A DNA stretch of 61,860 bases, counting the filler, from Nemertoderma westbladi (taxonomy: Eukaryota; Animalia; Xenacoelomorpha), in the NCBI GenBank assembly GCA_032718475.1. It is 4 parts of 4 records of this genome, joined end to end, with 100 filler letters (N's around TTAATTAATTAA, not from the genome) between each part and the next. Parts side by side here need not be neighbours in the genome. Positions count along the whole stretch, not along the records: positions 1 to 21,871 come from JAUCBJ010004732.1; 3 more parts are not named here. One strand, written 5' to 3'. A program made the translations under genes and the position numbers. The notes under the pieces were generated by a model, which was not told the DNA's origin, did not search any database, and saw nothing but the letters and a program-made list of their open reading frames with translations. Below are positions 1 through 10,873 of the stretch, piece after piece. The first letter of the stretch is position 1. The number at the start of each line of letters is the position of its first letter.

Positions 1-1853
1 TGTTATACACTATTCCCGGACAAAACAACACTCTGCTAATGATAGTCTACCTAAGAAAAGTGTTATTTTAGTCCTAGGACAAAACAACACCTGTTGTTTT
101 TCCGCTCCTGACAGCTTGTCAGCCTGTCTGTAAATATGACCAGCAGGCTCTGGTTACCTACCGGCAGACCGGTACATTACTGTATTACATCATTAGGTAC
201 GGTACTACATTGCTGTGCCTGACTGTAGCAGTAGGCCTACTACAACAGTACTACACTACACACATCCTGCTAACTCGTATATAGGCCTACCCATGCAGCC
301 ATCTCAGCACTCAGCATCTATCTGTCTTGCAGTCTTGTGTAGTTTGGTTCTCAACGAGTTTCAGTTTATGAATACATTGTAACGATTACTGGAAGACGGG
401 ATATCAGTTTGTCCTTCAAAATTTAGAAGACAGACAGACAGTCAAACTGTCAGACAGACATATTAGATACCACCAAACATTACAACTGACATCAGAAATG
501 AAATCACCGACCCTGAAAACCCCCATATTGATAATTTTAGTGACTTGGTTGGTATGAAACCATAATAGTGTCAAACATTACTGACCGATTAACAGACTAC
601 AGACGTCAGGTTTGTGCGGGAAGTTCAACCTTTAAAGCAAATTATCTCGGAAATACATTTTAAAGATATTTCCATTTTTCAAAATACTACTCCTCCGCCG
701 TTTTTCACCCTAATTCGATATTTTATGGCTCGTTTAAAAGGTTTTTTTGAAGATCTTGAAAAATTATCCAACATTTCTTTGAAAATTTTTTTTTTAAATA
801 TTATTCAAAATTTTAAATAAGTTTATTAATTTTAATTAATTAATTTAATTAAAAATTAATTTAGTTTTGAAAATCGGCTGGATAATTTTTGTAGATTCGA
901 AGGTTCTGAGTCCAAAAAAGTTAGTTTAAAAAAAATTGGATAAATATTACGGGACTAGTAGTATCTAGGGTGAAATATTTAATTCCGCCACTCGAGGGAC
1001 ACAAAACATTTTAAAATTTCCATTATTGTTGCTCTTTGGCCTTCCCCACTCTGGCTTGACACCACATAACAGTGATATTGACCTACAACACGAAGTAAAA
1101 GCTGTTTAAAAATAAACTCTCCTGAGGAGTAGGAAAGCCTCGGCTACGCCTCGGCTGGTTCCTACTCCTCGGGTTAAAACAACAGGAAAAACAACAAAAC
1201 AACCGGTCAATAATGTACGATGTCTGTTGAGATGTATTGAAGGAGCACTATTCCTTCTTTAGTAATAATATTAATGTCAATGAATAACTGATACCTAAAC
1301 ACATACACACCCCCCGTCAGCCAGTTCTATGGAGAGTGAGTGAATGGATAGGGAATTAATGCTATCCTACCAGCATAGCAGCAGTCTGCCTCTAACAGGC
1401 CAGGACATTCTCAGCGTTGCTAAGACACGGGAAGGAATTACTCCGTATTGACTGTCATTAGGCGGTTAGAGCCTGCGTGTGAATTAATTGATAAAAATGC
1501 AATTTTAATTGTAAATCAATAAATAACTATAAAACTTGACATTAATCTCGAGTATAAAGTAAAGACTTTGATAGAATGGGACACGGCGAATCTACCCATG
1601 TTAATTTTATACCAGATGGGATAAATGTTACCCCCCTAAATAATTAATTACCGATAGAAGAATCGAAATAATTCGATTCAACCATACAATTTAGCTGAAG
1701 ATATAAATTTAGATTATGGCTTCCGACATTTATGGCTTCCGACACACACACTGACACACACAGTGACACACACACACACACACAGACTTTTGAAAAACGG
1801 CCATAGTATAATTATATCAGTTCGCTGATGGCTCGCCATACGTGTCTCGCCCC

Positions 1854-2176
1854 ACACTCCGCCTACGGTTGTTATGTGGTTAAAAGGACCGTGCAGCCAC
1901 GGTCCGTAGAGCTAACAACATTATTGTTAGTTAGCTCTACGGACCGTGGCTGCACGGTCCTTTTAACCACATAACAACCGTAGGCGGAGTGTTGTTATTT
2001 GTACTGTAATGTTGTTAGCTCTACGGACCGTGGCTGCACGGTCCTTTTAACCACATAACAACCGTAGGCGGAGTGTTGTTATTTGTACTGTAATGTTGTT
2101 AGCTCTACGGACCGTGGCTGCACGGTCCTTTTAACCACATAACAACCGTAGGCGGAGTGTTGTTATTTGTACTGTA
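1854..2176. repeat. 84-bp unit x3 in tandem, preceded by an inverted partial copy; each unit has hairpin GGACCGTG-gctg-CACGGTCC
   Basis: GGACCGTGGC recurs at 1941, 2025 and 2109 (period 84); 1854-1916 is the reverse complement of 1930-1992. Confidence 0.9.
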
Positions 2177-2264
2177 CATATACATCGTTTTGTGAGTGAC
2201 TGGTAGTCTATTTCAGTATTTGTTAGTGTTTTCTGTTTGGCCTAACTGTAGTGCAGTAGTTTTT

Positions 2265-2301
2265 GTGCTGATGATGCCCCAAAGGGGAGAAATTAATCCA
2301 C
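2265..2301 (+). ncRNA. Minimal type I hammerhead ribozyme (Penelope-type)
   Basis: GTG-CTGATGA-TGCCCCAAAGGGGA-GAAA-TTAA-TC-CAC: intact core, stem I GTG/CAC, stem II CCCC/GGGG, palindromic stem III ATTAAT. Confidence 0.7.
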
Positions 2302-2589
2302 TGTTTATATGATTATATTGTAAGTGTTCATTGAGCGATGAAACTCCTTGTCGTTTTAATAATTATCATGATGTATACAAACGCCCTAAAGTCGGCATGT
2401 CACTTTACAAATAATTTCAAGTAATGTGGTAGAGGAAGAACAAAGAACTTCATTTTTTACTAGAGTGCAGTGCTTATTCGGATTATAGAATAAAATATCT
2501 CGGTAATTATTTTACTAGGTATCCTTCATCTATTAACAAGTTGTTATTGTGTCAGATCTACAAATCCTGTTGAGGTTTACACTAACATC

Positions 2590-2910
2590 TTGAAACAAAA
2601 ATATTCTGATGTTAGTAAGTCCCAACTGGATAACGTAATCGTGTGCAACATCCTGAGCGTCACTACAAAGCAAGAATCTGTGAACACTTGGGGGGTCTCC
2701 CCTCGAACAGGAAAAAGCTTCAGTCTCCCCGAAACACTCCACTATGCGAGAACACGCCCTAAACGAGGATCACAAGTTTGCACACAAAGACTTGACAATA
2801 TAGACAGAGCTAGTAGTAACTACGACATACTAATTAAAGAAAGCCTCATTATCTCCCGAGACAGAGCTACCTTAGTTGTTCAAAACTAAATCCCTTTACT
2901 AATGTTTTAC
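2590..2910 (+). pseudogene. Penelope-like element GIY-YIG endonuclease 3' remnant
   Basis: Across frameshifts reads RICEHL-GVSPRTGKS...IDRASSNYDILIKESLIISRDRATL, typical of the C-terminus of Penelope-like element ORFs. Confidence 0.7.
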
Positions 2911-3477
2911 TACACATACATAGACCCTGTCTATAATATGTATTAATTATTCTGCTGTTGTATGCACAGCATTAATTTAGTTATTTTACCTTGCTCTATT
3001 TTACTTAGTTCAGTATTTATGTAAGCAGTTAAGCTATATTTTCTTTTTGTATTGTTTTATCATATGTTGCAGTATTCGCGATTTAGGATTTTAATTTAAA
3101 CTTTTATGTATTTTATGGTAGCATTTGGTGATGCTTTATAATAATAAATCGAAACGTTCCACAAAATCCCATAATTCAATTATGGTATTTTTTCATTCGC
3201 TCGTGTTATAATAATTTTACTATGATTTACTACTATGTTGCTATGATTGATAAATTTGAGTCTGATTCTGACATTAATGCCTTGTCAAGCACTGTTGATA
3301 ATAGTGGTAATTTCTATCAGATGTAGATCACAATTGAGCTGGTATGGTAACTTCATATTTGGAAGCAAGAGCATGTAAAGCACTGGTGCTATGGCTAAAG
3401 AATTATGACACTTTGAATGGAAAATCTGCTCAATGTGCAAAATGACTATGTTTGTGCTTGTTATGAAATTTCAGTTT

Positions 3478-3556
3478 AAACTGTAATTTAGTTGCCAGGT
3501 AAACTGTAATTTAGTTGCCAGGTAAACTGTAATTTAGTTGCCAGGTAAACTGTAAT
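3478..3556. repeat. 23-bp tandem repeat AAACTGTAATTTAGTTGCCAGGT x~3.4
   Basis: Visible directly in the sequence. Confidence 0.95.
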
Positions 3557-3959
3557 AAAGAACATCAGGTGACATCAGGCCTAACAACAAACCGAACAGG
3601 ATAACAACATGCACTCACAAACCGAACAAACACCCAGGTACTACAATATACCTAACATTCAACCCACGCTCCCCCCACGGGTGCAACACACACAATACAA
3701 CCAACTGAACACCCCCCACACACAGTTGCGTGGTGGACATCCATATATTCGGGAAAATTCCCGGGCCCCCTTGATGATCTGCTACCCCCCCCCCCCCCCC
3801 CCCCCCTCCCGGGTCAGAAATTTATATTAATATTATAAAAAATATAATAGTAGTAGGTATTAAATTTTTCCAATAAAATATAAGCAACGAATCCAAAACA
3901 ATAGATAAAGGCCTAATGCCGCAGTTAGCAGCACAGCACTAAACCGAGTGATCCCCCGA

Positions 3960-4216
3960 ACTAAACGGAGATTTAACAGAGCCGGGAAAAAAACACCTTG
4001 TTTGCTCTCCTTGTTGGTGCTCCTGAGTTGGGGTGGCTCATTTACACCTCCCCGTGACGTCCTTGTGGTGCGGTTTATGCCATTGCAGGTGGTGCAAACA
4101 TTATTTTTAAAACGTTGGCCGCCGAATGAGCGGTTCAATTTGGTGGAATACATATCCATCAATTACTGCCAATTCCTGTGGTTGACCACAAGGGTAGCAT
4201 CACTAATGATACTGTA
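3960..4216 (+). pseudogene. Pif1-like (SF1B) helicase remnant, 5' part
   Basis: Degenerate Walker A (AGK-T) near 3980, then TLAAE*AVQFGGIHIHQLLPIP (motif Ia/Ib-like) in a frame absent from the ORF track; ends at the TSD of the 4217-6621 insertion. Confidence 0.55.
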
Positions 4217-6621
4217 GGAAGCAGGACAATTCGTTCCCGGACAATTCCGCCCATATGAAGAATACCAGGATTTCACTTTTCGGTCGACTTTTTATTGGAA
4301 TTTTATATATGAAGATTTTTTATTTTTTTTAATTTATCTTTATTAAGTTTTTTATAGCGCTTATTTCTGTCTTATAACCTGTACAGTACATATACTAATT
4401 CGTTTATTGTTTTGGTTAGATTCAGCCCTTCTGTAACCTGTGTTTTTGGTGAAAACCTGGTATTCTTCACATGGGGGTAACTGCAAAGTGAAATATAACG
4501 GCAGAAAGTCTGGTATTCTTTACATGGGCCGACAATTCGGTCCCATTAATTTTGTGTTTTGGGACCGAATTGTCCGGATACTGACTAGGACAATTCGGTC
4601 CCAAAACATGCATATTAATGGGACCGAATTGTCCGGGACCGAATTGTCCGGGACCGAATTGTGCGGGACCGAATTGTCCGGGACCGAATTGTCCGGGATC
4701 GAATTGTCCTGGACCAAATCCTGTCCTGTCCTGTACTACACCATGACCCGTAATATAGTGTCATTTTCTGATGACACGGACCCCCCCCCCCCCAAATTTT
4801 TCTTCAAATCTTTATCATATTGTTTGAAATTTGAAACACAACTAGTTCAACTCACCGTGGTTGTTACCATGAAGCCGGAATTTTCGATATCGCCTTTAAA
4901 TTTTATTTATAAGCGTTTTAAAAAAGTGTCTTTTGCGAAATCATACCCTCTGTATCATTGCCATTCTTCACTTTAGTCGTAATTTTTTCACATCAATAGA
5001 AAGCTTGCGTTGAAAGGATTCCAAATATGTAGCAATATCTGAATTTATTGAGAAACAGCTGAGAAATAGACGTTGAAAGATTACAAGAATTATCGTTCTC
5101 TGCAGGCCATTTATTCTATTTAATAAATACACAATATTCTAGAACGTGTTATTTATTTTATGAGTTGGTAGACAACAGCGGTATGCCTATACAATATCTA
5201 TATTGCGTAGCTAATCATACATAAACAAATTATAATAATCTTAAATCATAAATTAAAAAGATGTGCACCAAAAATAACAAGGGTACATAAACAAATTGTT
5301 CCAGAATATTGTGTATTTATTAAATAGAATAAATGGCTTGCAGCAAACAATAATTCTTGCAATCTCTGAATGCCTATTTCTCAGCTGTTTTTCAATGAAA
5401 TTCAGATATTGTTACATATTTAGAATCCTTGCAACGCAAGCTTTCTATTGATGTGAAAAATTACGACTAAAGTGAAGAATGGCAATGATACAGAGGGTGC
5501 GATTTCGCAAAAGACACTTTTTTAAAACGCTTATAAATAAAATTTAAAGGCGATATCGAAAATTCCGGCTTCATGGTAACAACCACGGTGAGTTGAACTA
5601 GTTGTGTTTCAAATTTCAAGCAATATGATATGATAAAGATTTGAAGAAAAATTTGGGGGACGCGGACCGCGTCATCAGAAAATGACACTATATTACGGGT
5701 CATGGTGTGTATAATGGTGAATGTTCTAGAACCTTAATAGATATTATTATATGGTAGCTAGTGTTTTTTTTACTAGCTAGTATGTTTTCGAAAATAAAAA
5801 AATTTTACTTTTTTTTGTTAACATTATTAGTTATGGTAGCTATGGTGTTTTTATGGAGTTTGTGAATTATTTACTAGCTAGTGTTGGTACGTATTTAAAA
5901 TGTTTAAAACTGATTTTTTTTATATATTGCGTATGTATGTATGTATGTATGTGTTGTTGGTTGGTTAAAAAGCCTAAATTATTATCCTAGATAATAGCTT
6001 GATCTCATTCAGGGACTGTTAATATCATCAATATTTTGGGTACCGGTAATTAATATAATCTGCAACAGTTTAGGCCTAATTCTGAAATATCAATGTTTTC
6101 ACAAATTTTATTATAATTTCAAGGAAATGCTAGCTAATAAAAAAAAACACTAGCTACACCTTAATAAATAATATATAATAAAGTTCTCGAACACTTACCA
6201 ATAACAAAAATAAAAAAAGTACACTATTTTTAAAAGTTCAAAAAATTCTAGCTAGTAAATAACACTAGCTACCATAAAAAAATATCTCTACAGTACTAAT
6301 GTTCTAGCACATTCACCAATTTCGAAAAACCACTAAAAAGCTGCTATCATGAACCGGACTATTCGGTCCCGGACAATTCGGTCCCGGATAATTCGGTCCC
6401 AGACAATTCGGTTCCGGACAATTCGGTCCCGGACAATTCGGTCCTAGGACAATTCGGTCCTAGGACAATTCGGTCCCGGACAATTCGGTCCTAGGACAAT
6501 TCGGTCCTAGGACAATTCGGACCTAGGACAATTCGGTCCTAGGACAATTCGGTCCCGGACCGAATTGTCCGGACCGAATTGTCCGGGACCGAATTGTCCG
6601 GGACCGAATTGTCCTACATCC
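4217..6621. mobile_element. Non-autonomous Mutator-like foldback element with 15-bp subterminal repeats (GGACAATTCGGTCCC)
   Basis: Left end GGAAGCAGGACAATTCG; right end reverse-complements to GGATGTAGGACAATTCG. 9-bp TSD GATACTGTA (4208-4216) / GTTACTGTA (6622-6630). 15-mer arrays at ~4620-4710 and ~6355-6614. Confidence 0.75.
4739..5707. mobile_element. MITE with ~400-bp terminal inverted repeats, nested in the foldback element
   Basis: Ends CACCATGACCCGTAATATAGTGTC...GACACTATATTACGGGTCATGGTG; arms ~4739-5143 and ~5298-5707. The ORF track shows the same peptide on opposite strands. Confidence 0.85.
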
Positions 6622-6630
6622 GTTACTGTA

Positions 6631-6900
6631 AACTTGAACAAACTGTAAGAAAATTACAAAACCATAAGGAGAAGTTGGCGTATCTACGAAATTTACATGT
6701 CCTTTTCATAGAAGAAATAGGTACAGTGAGTGCAGAAATGTTCACTGCACTGGACCAGGTTCTCCACCATGTACGTGAGAATGACTCTCCATTGGGTGGT
6801 GTCGTAATGATTGCCACTGGCGATACCAAACAGCTGCCCCCAGTAAAAGGTCATCCAAATATGGGTGTCAACGCATATGTTTTCGACCTTCAATATTTAT
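6631..6900 (+). pseudogene. Pif1-like helicase remnant, 3' part (motifs II-III)
   Basis: LHVLFIEEIGTVSAEMF...PLGGVVMIATGDTKQLPPVKG matches Pif1 IDEISMV and FGG..GDxxQLPPV. Confidence 0.8.
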
Positions 6901-7002
6901 TAATATCATTTTGGTAGACTGGGACTAATTTACATAACACGTAGATATCTAACCAAACCACATATATATAGTACAGAACATAGTGCTGGAGTGCAGTATT
7001 AG

Positions 7003-9320
7003 CTAACAGCCAATCGAATAGAATATGTAATAACCCGAAATGAGACGAAAGTTGTTGAGACACGGTGGGTTAGAAAAGGACGCGGTTGACAGAAGCGATG
7101 CGATGATACTGACTTTGGGGACTGACATGGGGGCCCCGGCAATTTGTAGGTAGAATTTTTGTTTGAACCTAAAGTAGTTGTGGTCGAGAAGGAATCGTAG
7201 GATGCGCGAGAGTTGTTGCGGAGTGTATTTACATCTGTAGGGCAGCGTCTCATCGTCTATCAGGGACTGCATAGTGGCTTGGATGCCGACCTCGTGTGGG
7301 GTGGCCGTAAACATATCAACCACATCTACAGCTACCAAGGTGCACCCTCTCCCCCTGACAACCGTTGGTAACTCCGACTTCAGATGTAGGGAACTGGCCA
7401 GGTAGTTAGTGGTGCTCGAAACGAGGGGTTGATGGAAGAAGTGCATGAGTTTCGAAAGGGGGGTGAAGAAGGCATTGGCATTGAGCGGCCTTTCGGAATG
7501 AGATTGCCACCTGGGTGAGTGATCCATTGGTCACGCGGTTTATGATCTTTAAGTGTAATGAATATGTGGCCGGTGTGGAAGGGGGAATAGGTGGTTTTTT
7601 AGTTCGGGATTATCTATAGCAAGTTCGTTGAGGAGGGCTCGGCACTTAACCCTGAAACGCGGCGCGTCGGATCTTTGGGTAACCTTTCGTAGGTAGAAGT
7701 ATCATTGACAAGGCATTGGATCTCATAATTTTTATCCATTGTGTCTAGGACCAGTATGTTGCCCGTCTTGTCACCCTTTAAAAACAATATTCCCTTTAGT
7801 CTTCTCAAGGATCTGAGGGAAGAGAGCTGTTCACGGTCCAAGTTGGGGGGGTTTTTCCGGTTCAAACACCTAATATTGACAGCATCAATTTTGTCATGCA
7901 GTTCCTTGATAATTACTTCCATGCTAGGGTTATCTGTACGGGAGGCTATATAACGGGCGTGACGATGGAAGGGAGATCTGGGGGGTCAGGTGGGGCGGGG
8001 GGGGGGGGGTTGTCCGGTCGCTGTGTAGTATGGGGAGGGGTGTTTAGTGTTACTTGTGGGATTGTGGGTAGGACTGTAGTTGCAGTGGAGGGTGGATGGT
8101 AATGGGATGAGGTTTTCGATTGTGTGCGGGATAAAGGGGTGTCAGTAAGTTGGTATGGGTGTTGGTTGGGTTTGGGGTAGTGGGGTGGTGTCAGTTGTGG
8201 GGTGTTGGTCTGGGTGTTTGTTCAGATTGTGAGTGTATAATATTAGGTGTTGTCGCTGTGGTGTTGGGTTATGTTGTGTTAGCTGTGGGTGGCACTCCTT
8301 GATTGTGCCGGGGGGTATGTATGTATGGGGCGGGGGTGAGGGGGTTTTTCTTAAGAGGGCTGGGGAGGTACAAGCATGCTGCAGTTGTGGGAATAGGGTG
8401 CATCTAGTGGATTTCGGTGGTTGGTGCCGTGTATTGCTATTGTTGCGTGGGATGACTGGGGGTGCGGGTGGTTGGCGTTTGGGGCGGGATGTGGTTTGCT
8501 TGTAACGAGGTTGATTTTCTTCGCGAGAAAAGTTGCGACTTTGGTACTGGAGTTTCGATGCTGCGGTGGAAATATCGACTTTCGCTTCAATGCAATCGGA
8601 GGACATGAGTCCACACTGCAGGATGAAATTAAACCCTAGTCCGAGTACATCCAGTTGGCCTCGTTCCAGGTTCATGCTTGATAGGTTAATCACCGGCACC
8701 TGGAGCTGGGGGAATGGATTGGTGGATTGGACATGGGAGGGGTCAAGCTCTATGGTGTGGTGGCTACCGTGGTCTGCTTGGGTATTATCGTTAAGAGCCA
8801 CGAAGCCGCAATCATAACTGTGTCTGTATTCGAGATGGGCGCACGTGATCGATTTCTCCCTTTCCTCGATGACGGGAATCCAGAAGTTGAGGTAGTCGAT
8901 TTCAAGGAAGTTCCTGTCACGGTTTGCGTTACGTTCGAGCTGATAATAGCAATCGTAAAATTCCCGTTTAAGTTCCCATAGTCTGGCATATCTTTTCCTA
9001 ATCTCGGTAGAGAAAATGCGTTTCAGGATGCCGCTGTAAAGGTTCCGGTAAAATTTCAGTATTTGGCTAATGCATGGGACAATAAATTGAGGTGGAAAGT
9101 TCGATGCTTTGGCTGACTTAAAGTAAGTTATCTGGTCCGTCCGTGTTCTGTGCAGTTTTAGTTTTAAGGTTTTAATGACGTCGTTGGATGCCCTTAAACT
9201 AATTAAAAACTTATACAAAAGCAATTTAATTAAAATAAAATAAAATCTGCTTAGAGACCGGTAAATCAAGTACGTAGAAATGTATAAATGTACGCAGAGG
9301 GAAAGGGCAGCGTACAACAA
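7003..9320 (-). mobile_element. Penelope-like retroelement remnant (long N-terminal ORF plus partial RT)
   Basis: VLGLGFNF (8142-9320), LKGDKTGNILVLD and YERLPKDPT (7614-7922), VAVDVVDMFT...LLDHNYFRFKQKFYLQIAGAPM (7003-7527). Frameshifted and truncated before the YxDD motif. Confidence 0.85.
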
Positions 9321-9663
9321 TCAGACAATACATACGGCAGTGCAGTGGGGTTATGTCCTGTCCTGGTGTCTATAGTCTATATACAGTAATATTACAAATA
9401 TGGTTCATTGGTATGTGGTATCAGTATATATGTGGTTCAGTGGTATCAACAATAGTGATATAGAATGCAAGAATAGGAATCAGGTACGGTACCTGAATAC
9501 AAGAATAGGAATCAGGTAGAGTACCTAACTGTGTCGTAAAAAGTGCAACTGTCTGCCCAGTCAGCCAGCTGCAGAGCTGACTGTCCTTAAAGGCTGAAAC
9601 GATGGTAGAGAACCTAGCGATGATAGTGAATTCCACCTTGGGAGACCAACATTATCACATCGG

Positions 9664-9946
9664 TTTGCTGGAAGTACAGAAATAATTCAGAAACTGATAG
9701 CTTCCTGCCAGCATTCCGTTACTTTTCAGGGATTATAACCTGATAACTGCATATTGACATTTGCTGGAAGTACAGAAGTAATTCAGAAACTGATAGCTTC
9801 CTGCCAGCCTTCCAGTACTTCTCAGGGATTATAACCTGATAACTGCATATTGACATTTGCTGGAAGTACAGAAGTAATTCAGAAACTGATAGCTTCCTGC
9901 CAGCCTTCCAGTACTTCTCAGGGATTATAACCTGATAACTGCATAT
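9664..9946. repeat. 96-bp tandem repeat x~3
   Basis: TTTGCTGGAAG recurs at 9664, 9760 and 9856. Confidence 0.95.
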
Positions 9947-10873
9947 CGACGTAGATTGGTTGACTTGTAGGTTAATGCTGTAAAGCCCATCCCCTGTCCT
10001 TATCACTGTATCAAGGTATCAGTGTATCATGTTGCATGTAGGCCTATAGTAGGGTATTTAGAAGTAGAAGAACACCTACATCATACAGCTGTACAGGTAG
10101 ACTTTACCTGTTTCTGTGCCTTTACTGCATGAATTACCAATGCAGCCTATTGCAGTATGGTATCAGTACAAATTTTTATAGGCTGAGGCTACTATTTCTT
10201 TGTTTATAGTAATTTAATTAGGTGAAATTAATTATTGCAGTACTGTATTGCTGTTAGCTAATAATGTAATAGGGCCCTAGTCAGATAGTGGATAGGCCTA
10301 GTCCATAGTCTAGTGAGTAGGCGTAGGCCTATTGATATGACTAAGAAGTGATGTTACACTAGCAACTACTCTGGAAATACAGTGCAGACAGTTAAACTGC
10401 CACCTGTTGGGGCACCAGAACTTGATCAGTGGATTGCTGCATTGCCACGTAGGAAGGAGACTGATGGCTCTGCGTATATCTATAATGCTATAGCAGTCAT
10501 ATGAATCACCCACTGACCTGGATTTCCAGACTCTGTACCGCATTCCACTGCCATAGGGTCCTGATGTCTTGCATTCCTGCACCCCCTCCAGCGTTACGAG
10601 TAAGGTTGCCGATTGAAAACCGGCAGATTTCTTACCTCAATGAGAAAGACCTTATTGGTAGTTATGGTAAACTCGTTGTTGGTATCGATTTGTGAGTGGT
10701 TATTGATATTCATGGAGTTGGTAAAAATGGATCAATGGACGATTTTATGAAGAGGTAACCACTGAATATGGTTCTTTTTATATTTGAAAACGAGAAATAT
10801 TTAGGATGGGTTAATTTAAGTCAGAGAGAACTCTTGTGCACTGACATCTACGTTTCAGCACAGAGTTCTACAG

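Noticed and set aside
1122-1143. CTGAGGA..GAAA..TC as a hammerhead
   Set aside because: Only 4 nt where stem II should be; the sequence is better explained as an arm of the larger hairpin.
4440-5703. Two ORFs with near-identical peptides on opposite strands
   Set aside because: A by-product of the MITE inverted repeats; no protein motif.
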